A stretch of DNA of 64,000 bases from an uncultured Gemmatimonadales bacterium (GCA_963708135.1 OY970192.1:4320001-4384000), one strand, 5' to 3'; counted from the stretch's first letter, positions 37,445 to 46,397 are shown. Numbers and translations are program-made. Notes: generated from the letters alone by a model not told the origin.

Positions 37445-37957
37445 ATGACCGACTCCAGCGAGCCCGGTGGCAGGCGGGACGTCTTCGAGGAGCTGCAGGC
37501 CCGCATCGATGCCGCCATCGAGGAGCTGCGCCCGAAGATGAAGAAGGCCTTCGACGAGCTGGACGAGCGCGTCGATGCCGCGCTGCGCGACGTCCGCCCG
37601 CGCGTCGAGGAGGCCAGGCGTGGCGTCCGGCCGCGCCTCGATGAACTTGTAGAGGATCTGCAGCCGCGCGTGGATGGACTGCTCAGGACCCTGCAGGAGA
37701 GGATCGCGGCGCTCCGCCGCGATCTGGAGCGCCGCGCCGAAAGTGCCGCGGAGCGCTCCGGTGAGGGCGAGCAAGGCACCGGCCCAGCGCCCGGCGGGCC
37801 CCCGCCGCCGCCCCCTCCGGCCGAGCCGCCGCCCCCTCCGGCGGAGCCCCCGCCCCCTCCAGCCGAGCCGACGGCTCCCCCGGCCGAGCCGACGCCGCCG
37901 CCGGAGCCGCCCCCGGGCGGTCCGCCGCCGCCGAAGCGGCCGCCGCGGACGCCGTGA
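37445..37957 (+). CDS. Hypothetical amphipathic helical-repeat protein with Pro-rich tail
   Basis: AGGAGG RBS; repeated (L/V)(R/Q)P(R/K) units about 11/22 residues apart (apolipoprotein-like); PPPPAE repeats. Confidence 0.7.
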   Translation: MTDSSEPGGRRDVFEELQARIDAAIEELRPKMKKAFDELDERVDAALRDVRPRVEEARRGVRPRLDELVEDLQPRVDGLLRTLQERIAALRRDLERRAESAAERSGEGEQGTGPAPGGPPPPPPPAEPPPPPAEPPPPPAEPTAPPAEPTPPPEPPPGGPPPPKRPPRTP

Positions 37958-37962
37958 TGCGC

Positions 37963-38000
37963 GAGGGCGGGCGCCCCGATCCCGGGCGCCCGCCCTCTTT
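37963..38000 (+). terminator. Intrinsic terminator-like hairpin
   Basis: GAGGGCGGGCGCCC / GGGCGCCCGCCCTC 14-bp stem followed by TTT, between convergent genes. Confidence 0.65.
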
Positions 38001-38059
38001 CCTGCCCTTCGAACCGGCCCCGGAGCCGCGCTCGGCCCCGGGGCACCGGCTCGCGCTGC

Positions 38060-39634
38060 TCAGTGGCAGCGCAGCGTCTTTCCGCGCACCGCGCAGGAGA
38101 CGGTCTGGCTTGCGCTGGCGGAATCCGTGTCGTTGCTCGCCGTGAGCGTCACCGTGAAGGTGCCTTCGGCGCCGTAGGTGTGGCTCGCCGTCACGCCGGT
38201 AGCGGACGCTCCATCGCCGAAGGTCCAGCTGAAGGAGCTCGCGCCGGTCGATGCGCTCGCGTCGAAGGCGCAGGTGGCGACCTGGCAGCTCGTTGTGAAC
38301 GAGGCAGTGGCCGTCGTGCCCCCGCCGCCGCCGCCGCCCCCGCCGCCCCCGCCGCCCGAACCCGTGACTGCGGCGTACGTGTTCAGTCTGCCGCTGCCGA
38401 AGTGGCTCGCATCGCCAATGTTGTCCGCCGTGCCCAGGATCCGGTCGCGGAGGGCGGCGCCGCGCAGGCCGTCCTTCGATGCCACGACGGCCGCCGTTCC
38501 GGTCACCTGCGGCGCGGCCATGGAGGTGCCCTGGAGCCACTCGTACCCGCCGCCCAGGTAGGCGCTGTAGATGCACCCCTCGGGCGTGGTGTTCGAGTAG
38601 CACTCGCCGCCTGGCGCGGAGATGTCCAGGCCGGAGCCCCAGTTGGAGTAATAGGTGAGCGTGTCCTGCCAGTTCGTCGCCGCCACGGAGATGGCGTTCC
38701 GGTCGCACGCCGGGCAGGAGACCGTCGAGGTTCCGTCGTTCCCGGCCGAGGCGATGACGAGGGCGTCCTTGCCGGTGGCGTAGGCGATCGCGTCGGATTC
38801 CGCCTGCGACTCGCTCGCGCCGCCGAGGCTCAGGTTCATGGCCACCACGCCGTAGTCGGCCGCGGCGCGGATCGCGTTGACGATGGCGGTGGTGGGGCAC
38901 CCGCGCTGGCCGCACACCTTCTGCACGTAGACCTGCACATGCGACGCGGCGCCGCTCACGCCCGCGACCCCCACGTGCTCGCCGGCCATGGTGCCCGTCG
39001 TGTGCGTGCCGTGGCCCTCGTCATCCGCGGGGTCGCTGTCGTTGTTGTACCAGTCCTCTCCGGCGATGAGCCGCCCCGTGAACTCCGAGTGCGAGAAGTC
39101 CACTCCGGTGTCGATGCTGCCGATGACGACAGCGGTCCCGCCGGCCCCGTAGGTGCTCGACACGTCAGCACCCGACGCATCCTCGTCGGCATCCGTCGTC
39201 GAGGCGTAGGAGGACGGCAGCGGGCTGCCCTTCGAGCGGCCCGTCGTGAACAGCATGTTCAGGCCGCCGGGGTTATGGAACGCCCAGAGCGTGTCGGCGG
39301 TCGGCTGGCGCAGGTAATTCGGCTCGGCGTAGACGACACGGGAGTCGCGCGAGAGGCGGGCCGCCAGGGCGCGCTCGTTACCGGCCGCGCCGTGCAGCAC
39401 GACGAACGCGTTCGCATAGCCGGACCGGCCTACGGTCACCCCGTTCGCGCGGGCAATGGCGGCCACGTCCGCGCCAGGCGCGGACTTTACCACGATCTCA
39501 CCGGGCACGACCTGCTCCGCGGCGGCGGCCATGCTCATCCGCGGCGCCGCGGGCGCGGGCGGAGGAACGGTGGGCGACTCCGAGCACGCCGCGGCGCCAA
39601 GCGCCAGCAGCGCGACGAAGGAAACGATACGCAT
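38060..39634 (-). CDS. S8 subtilisin-like serine protease lipoprotein with C-terminal PKD domain
   Basis: Lipobox AAAC; catalytic IDTG, GHGTHT, GTSMAAP and oxyanion SAGN; poly-Gly linker; SWTFGDG PKD motif. Confidence 0.95.
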   Translation of the reverse strand: MRIVSFVALLALGAAACSESPTVPPPAPAAPRMSMAAAAEQVVPGEIVVKSAPGADVAAIARANGVTVGRSGYANAFVVLHGAAGNERALAARLSRDSRVVYAEPNYLRQPTADTLWAFHNPGGLNMLFTTGRSKGSPLPSSYASTTDADEDASGADVSSTYGAGGTAVVIGSIDTGVDFSHSEFTGRLIAGEDWYNNDSDPADDEGHGTHTTGTMAGEHVGVAGVSGAASHVQVYVQKVCGQRGCPTTAIVNAIRAAADYGVVAMNLSLGGASESQAESDAIAYATGKDALVIASAGNDGTSTVSCPACDRNAISVAATNWQDTLTYYSNWGSGLDISAPGGECYSNTTPEGCIYSAYLGGGYEWLQGTSMAAPQVTGTAAVVASKDGLRGAALRDRILGTADNIGDASHFGSGRLNTYAAVTGSGGGGGGGGGGGGGTTATASFTTSCQVATCAFDASASTGASSFSWTFGDGASATGVTASHTYGAEGTFTVTLTASNDTDSASASQTVSCAVRGKTLRCH

Positions 39635-39916
39635 CACGGGACCTCCGGGAGGGGCTCCGGCGCTCGTGAACGCCCCGTTTGGGTCAGGGGCCACGCCGGG
39701 AAAGGGCGCATGCAACACGTTTCTACTTAACGAAGCGTCGGCGGCGGGTCAACTCCCATGCTGCCCGGGCCGGGAGCGAGGCTGCGGGTTTGCCGGGGAT
39801 GCGCGCGAGGGCGGGCCCCATGGGGGAGCGTCCGCCCTCGTGTCCGGTGCAGAGGTCCCGGCGCCGCGCCCGCCGCTCCGCCCCAGCCGCGCGGGCGGCA
39901 CGGGGCGGAGGTGCTA

Positions 39917-41062
39917 GTGTAGTGTCTGCCAATTGAGTTGATTTAACAAGACTCCGAGCGTACTGCGGTGAGCGCCTCGCGTGCACGCTGGATCTTGCGC
40001 AAGATGTCCTCGCCTTTGGCTCGCCACCGGTACGGCTTGGGATGGAGCTTTCGTTCGGCCAAGTAGCTCTCGATGTCACTCACCAGCTCGCGTACGCTGG
40101 AGAAGCTGCCCTCCCGAATCACGTCCTGCGTCAGCTCTCCGAAGAAGCGCTCGCCGAGATTCAACCAGGACGAACTGGTCGGCGTGAAGTGAAGGTGGAA
40201 GCGCGGATGCTTCGCAAGCCACTGGGTTACGCTCTCTTGCTTGTGCGTGCAGTAATTGTCCACGACGAGGTGTAGATCGAGATCCTTGGGCGTCTCCCGA
40301 TCGATCTGCTTGAGGAAGCGAAGCCACTCGACGTGCGTGTGACGCTCTTCCGTGCGCGCGATCAATTTGCCGTCGAGGTAGTTCAGTGCAGCAAACAGCG
40401 TGATGGTGCCGTGGCGGGTGTAGTCGTGGGTCTTGGTGCGAATCTCCCCGACGCCGAGGGGTAAGCCCGGTTGGGTGCGCTCCAAGGCCTGGCACTGGCT
40501 CTTCTCGTCACAACACAGGACCAGCGCCCTCTCGGGCGGATCGAGATACAGCCCGATCACGTCCCAGAACTTCTCCTCGAAGCGCGGATCGTTCGACAGC
40601 TTGAACGTCTGCGTCAGGTGCGGCTTGATCTCGTTTGCCCGCCAGATCCGGTGCACGCTGTCCGGCGAGATCCCGACCTCACGGGCCATCGTGCGCACAC
40701 TCCAACGCGTGCACGGCTTGGGCGGCCGAGTCGCCCGCGTGATGACCTGCTCCACCTTGTGCGCCGGGATCGAGGGGCGCCGGCCCCGTCCTTTTCGATC
40801 CTTCAGGCCGTCCAGGCCTTCGCGCTCGAAGCGTTGGGACCACTTGTTGACGCACGTGGCGCTCACGCCCAGCTCCCGCGCCACCTGCACCTGGCCGAGA
40901 CCGCGCCCGCGCCGCAGCACGATGGCGGCACGAAGGCTGTCGCGCTTGGACACGCTGGGCGCCTTCACACGCCGCTCAAGCTCTTGCCGTTCGGCGTCGG
41001 TGATCTCGATCTTGGACACAGGTCGCGCCATGGCGCAAGGATACGCCCGGCGCCTCCTACAC
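39917..41062 (-). mobile_element. IS630-family insertion sequence (about 1146 bp)
   Basis: Ends CTA|GTGTAG and CTACAC|TAG are inverted; TA duplicated (39915-16 and 41063-64) within CTAG; visibly lower GC than the flanks. Confidence 0.9.
39943..41031 (-). CDS. IS630 family DDE transposase
   Basis: N-terminal HTHs; LCCDEKSQ (D), HDYTRHGT, VVDNY (D) and SWLNLGERFF (E); single intact ORF. Confidence 0.97.
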   Translation of the reverse strand: MARPVSKIEITDAERQELERRVKAPSVSKRDSLRAAIVLRRGRGLGQVQVARELGVSATCVNKWSQRFEREGLDGLKDRKGRGRRPSIPAHKVEQVITRATRPPKPCTRWSVRTMAREVGISPDSVHRIWRANEIKPHLTQTFKLSNDPRFEEKFWDVIGLYLDPPERALVLCCDEKSQCQALERTQPGLPLGVGEIRTKTHDYTRHGTITLFAALNYLDGKLIARTEERHTHVEWLRFLKQIDRETPKDLDLHLVVDNYCTHKQESVTQWLAKHPRFHLHFTPTSSSWLNLGERFFGELTQDVIREGSFSSVRELVSDIESYLAERKLHPKPYRWRAKGEDILRKIQRAREALTAVRSESC

Positions 41063-41268
41063 TAGAGCCCGTCGCGGGAGGGCATGTCGCGGAAGTACCG
41101 GAGCGCCTTCAGACCGAGCCAGACCAGCACCACCACGATGGCGAGCTTGAACAGCAGCACCAGGATGAAGCCGACCACGGCCCCGATCATGGCGAACAGC
41201 ACGCGCGCCACCAGCACCCCCACGACGGCCAGGACTCCGCCTCCCACGAGCTTCATTGCCAGCTGCAT
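41062..41268 (-). CDS. Small membrane protein (68 aa)
   Basis: Almost entirely hydrophobic; GAGGAGAGGA RBS; its TAG stop is the IS target. Confidence 0.7.
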   Translation of the reverse strand: MQLAMKLVGGGVLAVVGVLVARVLFAMIGAVVGFILVLLFKLAIVVVLVWLGLKALRYFRDMPSRDGL

Positions 41269-41295
41269 TGCGTCCTCTCCTCGGCTCGGCCCGGC

Positions 41296-41511
41296 TCAGA
41301 TCTCGGACTTCGGGTTGAAGTGCTGCCACGCCTTCAGCAGCAGCCACCCGATCAGCAGCAGGGGAACCACCCGGAAGATCAGGAACAGCCCCACGCCGAG
41401 CACCACGAAGACCAGCCGCAGGGCGAGCAGCACCACCGCGGCGATGATCACCCAGGTGATCAGCTTCCCGAGCAGCGTGCCGCCGCTCTTGCCGGTCACT
41501 TCGTCCGTCAT
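41296..41511 (-). CDS. Small membrane protein (71 aa)
   Basis: GGAGGA RBS; MTDEVTGKSGG followed by two hydrophobic helices. Confidence 0.7.
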   Translation of the reverse strand: MTDEVTGKSGGTLLGKLITWVIIAAVVLLALRLVFVVLGVGLFLIFRVVPLLLIGWLLLKAWQHFNPKSEI

Positions 41512-41549
41512 CGCTTCCTCCGCGTCAGGGACCAACTGCCGGGATACCC

Positions 41550-41576
41550 TACGCAGGAAGTCCCGTTCGAGATTCA
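41550..41576 (-). promoter_or_regulatory. Putative ECF sigma promoter TGAATC-N17-CGTA
   Basis: Resembles the 37384 motif; about 40 bp upstream of the small membrane protein pair. Confidence 0.5.
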
Positions 41577-41659
41577 AACCCTCGCGCCGCGGGCGGGCGG
41601 CGGCGAGATTCAGGGCGCGCTGCCGCACCAATCCTATCGCCCCGGAGGGGTGAACGTCC

Positions 41660-42472
41660 ATGCCCGGTCGTCCCTACATCCTTGCCGAGACCCCGCTGCG
41701 CGTGCTCCAGGAGACCCGCTGGGAGGTGGCGGTCCTGCCGTGGGGAGCTACGGAAGCGCACAACCTGCACCTCCCCTACGGTACCGACACGCTCGAGTCG
41801 GAGCGCGTGGCCGCCGAGTCCTGCCGCGTGGCGTGGGAGCGAGGCGCGCGCGTGGTCGCGCTTCCGGCCGTGCCCTTCGGCGTGAACACCACCCAGCTCG
41901 ACATTCCGCTGACCCTCAGCCTGGATCCCACCACGCAGCTCGCCGTGCTCGGCGACCTCGTCGCCTCGCTCGAGCACCAGGGCATCCCGAAGCTGGTGAT
42001 CCTGAACGGCCACGGTGGCAATGACTTCCGCTGGATGGTCCGCGAGCTGTATCCCCGCCACGAGCTGTTCGCCTGCGTGATCGAGTGGTGGAAGGTCGCC
42101 GACGCGGCTGCATGGTTCGACGAGCCGGGCGACCACGCAGGCGAGCTCGAGACCAGCGTCATGCTGCACCTGGCCCCCGAGCTGGTGCTGCCGCTCGAGC
42201 AGGCCGGGTCCGGTCATGCCCGCCCCGCCGCGCTCGAGGCGCTCCGGCGCGGATGGGCCTGGACGCCGCGCCCCTGGACGCGCGTCACCGACGATACGGG
42301 CGTCGGCGACCCGGCCGCCGCCTCCGCCGAGAAGGGCCGCGGCTTCTTCGAGGCCACGACCGGCGCGATCGCCGAGTTCCTGGTGGAGCTCGCCGCCGCG
42401 GATCCCGATGCCATCTTCGGCGGCGCGGAGGGGCCGGGGCTCCCGCGCGCCGACCATGGCCCCCACGGCTGA
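41660..42472 (+). CDS. Creatininase family amidohydrolase
   Basis: LPWGATEAHNLHLPYGTD, NGHGGN, DHAGELETS and GVGDP. Confidence 0.92.
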   Translation: MPGRPYILAETPLRVLQETRWEVAVLPWGATEAHNLHLPYGTDTLESERVAAESCRVAWERGARVVALPAVPFGVNTTQLDIPLTLSLDPTTQLAVLGDLVASLEHQGIPKLVILNGHGGNDFRWMVRELYPRHELFACVIEWWKVADAAAWFDEPGDHAGELETSVMLHLAPELVLPLEQAGSGHARPAALEALRRGWAWTPRPWTRVTDDTGVGDPAAASAEKGRGFFEATTGAIAEFLVELAAADPDAIFGGAEGPGLPRADHGPHG

Positions 42473-42505
42473 CGGCGCCCGCCGGCGGCGCGTCCGCCCC
42501 GGACC

Positions 42506-43780
42506 TCAGCGGCCGTCCTGGCCATTCCGGAGCGCCGGGGCCGTGCCGGCCACCACCACCTCCAGCCGTGCCTGTGCGGTCCGGAGCGCAGCCTCGACGG
42601 CCGCCGGCGTAGCGGCGCGGGCGAAGACGAACCCGAGGTAGCGGTTCCCCTCCGGGAGCGGCCGCAGCTCCGAGCCGGCGGGGATCGACAGCACCACGTC
42701 TTCCACCCCCTCGACCTCGCGCGCGGCGGCCATGCCGCGGACCTCGGCCAGGATACCCGCCCGCGGGATCGGCAGCATGAGCACGCCGCTCGCCCGGAGC
42801 GCGGGCGTCGCATCGACCGGCAACCCCAGCGCATGGCGGATCACCAGCGTTTCGAGCGAGGCGACGTCCCCGCCGCCGAAGCGGAGCGAGCGCGAGCACA
42901 GGCCGCCGATCGTGCGCGGCGCCACCTCGAGCGGCCACGCGCCTGCGTCGTTCCAGCGCAGCTCGGCGTGGATCGGGCCTTCCCGCAGCCCGATCGCTGC
43001 CGCCGCGCCGGCCGCCGTCCGCTCGAGCTCCGTCTGCGCCGCCGCCGGCAGCCGCGAGGGCGTGATGAAGAGGGTCTCCTCGAAGAACGGGCCCTCCAGC
43101 GGGTCCGGCTTGTCGAAGAGCGCGAGCACCCGCAGCCGTCCGGACTCGAGCAGCCCATCCAGCGCCACCTCCTGCCCCGGCACGTAGCCTTCCACAAGCA
43201 CCCTCTCCGCTGCCGGGCCGTGCGCGCGCCGTACCTCCGGCTCGGCGAGAATACGCGCGATCCGCCGGAACGCGCGCGCGAACGAGTCCGCATCGTCCGC
43301 GCGGATGACCCCCCGGCTGGCGGACAGCGCGGTCGGCTTCAGCACGCAAGGGTAGGCGACGTGGCCCGCGGCGCCTTCCGGGTCCGCTCCGACTTCGAAG
43401 CTCCTGAACCATGGCGTCGCCACCCCGGCCGCGCGCAGCGCCGCGCGCATGGCATCCTTGTGTCGGGCCGTGCGCACCGCGGCGGGCGGATTGTGCCGCA
43501 GGCCCAGCGCGGCGGCGGCCGCGGCCGCCACGGCGACGCCCTCGTCCTCCGCCGCCAGCACGGCATCCAGCGGCCGCTCCCGCGCGAGCGCGCGGATGCG
43601 CTCGACCGAGCCCGCCACGTCCGCCAGGTCCAGGTACAGCGTCCCGCCCGGCGCTTGCGCCGCCAGCGTCTGCCGATGGTCCGAGCCCACCACCACCTCC
43701 GCGCCCACCACCGCGGCCGCGGCGAGGAAATCCGCCGCCCGGTAGCTCGTCCTGGCCAGGATCAGCAGGATGCGCGGCAT
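42506..43780 (-). CDS. ATP-grasp domain protein
   Basis: TSYRAADF, YPCVLKP, SASRGVIRAD, LVEGYVPG, FDKPDPLEGPFFEET, HAELR and EVAPRTIGGLC; GGAGG RBS before ATG 43780. Confidence 0.9.
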   Translation of the reverse strand: MPRILLILARTSYRAADFLAAAAVVGAEVVVGSDHRQTLAAQAPGGTLYLDLADVAGSVERIRALARERPLDAVLAAEDEGVAVAAAAAAALGLRHNPPAAVRTARHKDAMRAALRAAGVATPWFRSFEVGADPEGAAGHVAYPCVLKPTALSASRGVIRADDADSFARAFRRIARILAEPEVRRAHGPAAERVLVEGYVPGQEVALDGLLESGRLRVLALFDKPDPLEGPFFEETLFITPSRLPAAAQTELERTAAGAAAAIGLREGPIHAELRWNDAGAWPLEVAPRTIGGLCSRSLRFGGGDVASLETLVIRHALGLPVDATPALRASGVLMLPIPRAGILAEVRGMAAAREVEGVEDVVLSIPAGSELRPLPEGNRYLGFVFARAATPAAVEAALRTAQARLEVVVAGTAPALRNGQDGR

Positions 43781-44067
43781 CGGACCTCCGGCGTCCGGCC
43801 CGTCGAAGGGCGGGAGCGCCCGGCAAAGAGTAGCGGGTGCCGGAAAAAAGTACGCGCTCGCCACGCCGGCGGCCACGTGGCGCGACCAAGCCGACGGCCG
43901 CATCCGCGACACGGCCGGCGCGCCGGCCTGCGCTCGGCGCCCGGGGCCGCGGGCGCGGGACGGATCCGCCCGCCGCCGGGGTACGCCAGTTGCGAGACGC
44001 ACCTCCTCCGGCCGCAGCGGACTCCTCGACCGTCCTCCGCACGCCGGCTTTTCCGGGAGCCCCACCT

Positions 44068-44763
44068 ATGCCCGAACGCTACAGGACGCGCAGGCTGAGC
44101 GCGGATCTCCGGCGGCAGCTGGATGTCGCCACGGCCATCGCCACCGAAGAGCTGATGGCGGCCCACGCCATCCACGTGCTGGAGCTGGTCGAGCTCAGCG
44201 GCGCCCGCGTCGCGCCCGAGCGGCTCGTGGAGATCTATCTTCGGCTCCACGGCGTCGAGGGTCCCCAGGCACTGGTCGTCCGCACGCGCGTGCTTGCCGC
44301 GCTCGGCCACAAGGCGCGCTCCACGGTCGTCGAGCCGCAGGAGGCTGGCGAGAGCCGCGGCACGGTCGGCGAGGCCGGGGCGCCCCCGCCCCGCGGCATC
44401 TTCCGCTACCTGCGGGAGCGGTTCCGCGGCCGCGTCCACACCGACCTGCGCCGCTGGGTCGAGCTCCACACCGGCCGGGCCGCCATGGGCCTCCTCGACA
44501 TCCACGTCCGCAACGCGCTGGCCTTCGTGGACATCCTCGGGGACGCCCCCCTGCACCTCGGGGTCCAGACCTACCGCGAGATGCTCGGCGTCTCCGAGAG
44601 CCTGCGCGATGTCCTGTACTGGATGGTGCTCGAGCGGATCGGCCGCGCCGAGCTGCCGCCTACGGGCGCGCTCCCGCTGCCGCGCAGCTCCGACGCCGGT
44701 GCCGGATCCGCCCCCTCGAACGGCCGCCGTCCCCGCCTGCGCCCGCCCTACCGCACCGCCTGA
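44068..44763 (+). CDS. Hypothetical all-helical protein with internal duplication (paralog of 35805-36467)
   Basis: Motifs shared with the paralog; GGGAG RBS; same strand as, and directly upstream of, hemH. Confidence 0.8.
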   Translation: MPERYRTRRLSADLRRQLDVATAIATEELMAAHAIHVLELVELSGARVAPERLVEIYLRLHGVEGPQALVVRTRVLAALGHKARSTVVEPQEAGESRGTVGEAGAPPPRGIFRYLRERFRGRVHTDLRRWVELHTGRAAMGLLDIHVRNALAFVDILGDAPLHLGVQTYREMLGVSESLRDVLYWMVLERIGRAELPPTGALPLPRSSDAGAGSAPSNGRRPRLRPPYRTA

Positions 44764-44922
44764 GGCCGCGAGCCGCGGCCACGCGGGCGTCGCGCCGGCA
44801 GTGCCGCGACTTCCGCGTGAGCCGGTTGACTATGGCCCCCTTCCGTGCGCATTCTGCCGCGGCGGAGGCGGCCGACGCCCGCCGCTCTCCAGAATTCGGC
44901 GATCCATCACGCTGGGGGAGCG

Positions 44923-45978
44923 TTGAGAGAAGGCATCATCCTGCTGAACTTCGGGGAACCGGCCGAGCCAACCCCCGAGGCCGTCGTCCCGTTCCTCGAG
45001 CGCATCTTCCTCGCCAACGCCCCGCTCGAGTCGCAGGCCACCGCCGAGGCGGTGCGGGCGCGCTGCCGCCAGCTCGCGGAGCAGCGCGCGCCCGGACTCA
45101 TCGCGGAGTACCGCGCCATCGGCGGTTCGCCGCTCGACCGGCAGGCCCGCGCCCAGGCCGATGCCCTCGCCGGCGAGCTGGCGCGGCGCGGGCACGATGC
45201 CGTGGTCCACGTCGCCAACCAGTTCTCCGATCCCCTGATCCGCGACGTGGTGGCCCGCGCCCGCGCCGACGCCGTCGAGCGGCTCGTCGGGCTGCCCGTC
45301 TTTCCGATATGTGGGCCGTCCACCAACCTGGCGGCGCTGGAGGAACTCGCGGCCGAGATCGAGGCGGCCGGCTGGGCCGTCGAGCGCGTGGAGGTCACCG
45401 GCTGGCACAGCCACCCCCAGTACGTGCGCATGCGCGCCGACGGGATCGTGGCCGCGGCCATGGCCGCCGGCCTCGACCTGAACGGCGGACGCCACCGCCT
45501 CGTCTTCTCCGCACACGGGACGCCCATGAAGTACATCGAGGCGGGAAGCCGCTACCGCGCCTACACCGGGGAGAGCTGCGCCGCCATCGCCGCCGCGGCC
45601 GGCGTGACCGACTACGTCCTCGGCTATCAGAACCACGGCAACCGGCCGATCGAATGGACCCAGCCCGCCATCGACGCCGCCGTCGCCGACATCGAGGCCG
45701 ACGCCGTGCTCGTCGTCCCCGTCAGCTTCATGCACGAGCAGTCGGAGACGCTCGCCGAGCTGGACATCGAGCTGCGCGAGGAGGTCGAGGAGCGCGGCAT
45801 CGCCTTCCACCGGGTGCCCGTCCCGCACGATGATCCCCGCTTCGCGACCATCCTCGCGGACCTGGTCGAGGGCGCCCTCGGCGAGGCGGCGGCAGCGCCG
45901 ATCCGGCTGCGCCAGTGCGTGTGTCGGCCCGTGCCCTGTGCCCGGTGCACGAACGCAGCGCCGGTCGAAAAGACTTGA
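44923..45978 (+). CDS. hemH: Ferrochelatase (probably coproporphyrin ferrochelatase CpfC) with C-terminal Cys cluster
   Basis: [26 protein letters not shown]...WTQP and [17 protein letters not shown] start at 44923 after GGGGAG. Confidence 0.92.
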   Translation: MREGIILLNFGEPAEPTPEAVVPFLERIFLANAPLESQATAEAVRARCRQLAEQRAPGLIAEYRAIGGSPLDRQARAQADALAGELARRGHDAVVHVANQFSDPLIRDVVARARADAVERLVGLPVFPICGPSTNLAALEELAAEIEAAGWAVERVEVTGWHSHPQYVRMRADGIVAAAMAAGLDLNGGRHRLVFSAHGTPMKYIEAGSRYRAYTGESCAAIAAAAGVTDYVLGYQNHGNRPIEWTQPAIDAAVADIEADAVLVVPVSFMHEQSETLAELDIELREEVEERGIAFHRVPVPHDDPRFATILADLVEGALGEAAAAPIRLRQCVCRPVPCARCTNAAPVEKT

Positions 45979-46002
45979 CTCGGCGCCCGATCGCGATAAA
46001 TT
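45975..46002 (+). promoter_or_regulatory. Putative sigma70 promoter of the cold-shock gene (TTGACT-16-TAAATT)
   Basis: Near-consensus hexamers overlapping the hemH stop; implies a 5' UTR of about 180 nt. Confidence 0.55.
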
Positions 46003-46190
46003 CATCGTTTGGCGGCAGGATCCGGCCGAGAGGCCGGTTATACCAGTCTTCGAGAAAGGGACTCGGGCGCACGTCGCACGGGCCCCTTTTTCATGCGAGC
46101 ACCCCTGCCGCCCGGTGGCTGGGCTCGCGCAACACGTCGGTTGGTACGGAAATGCCGGACCCCGACAAACAACACGAGAGGGAGTACCGC

Positions 46191-46397
46191 ATGCGTACCA
46201 CCGGAACGGTGAAGTGGTTCAACGACGCCAAGGGCTTCGGGTTCATCACCCCCGAGAACGGCGAGAAGGACTGCTTCGTCCACCACACGGCCATCCAGGC
46301 CACCGGCTTCAGGACGCTCGCCGAGGGCGACCGGGTGGAGTTCGACATCGTGCAGGGCCAGAAGGGCCCCGCCGCCGAGAACGTCACGAAGATCTGA
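46191..46397 (+). CDS. Cold-shock protein (CspA family)
   Basis: [15 protein letters not shown] (RNP1), DCFVHHTAI (RNP2) and [20 protein letters not shown]. Confidence 0.98.
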   Translation: MRTTGTVKWFNDAKGFGFITPENGEKDCFVHHTAIQATGFRTLAEGDRVEFDIVQGQKGPAAENVTKI

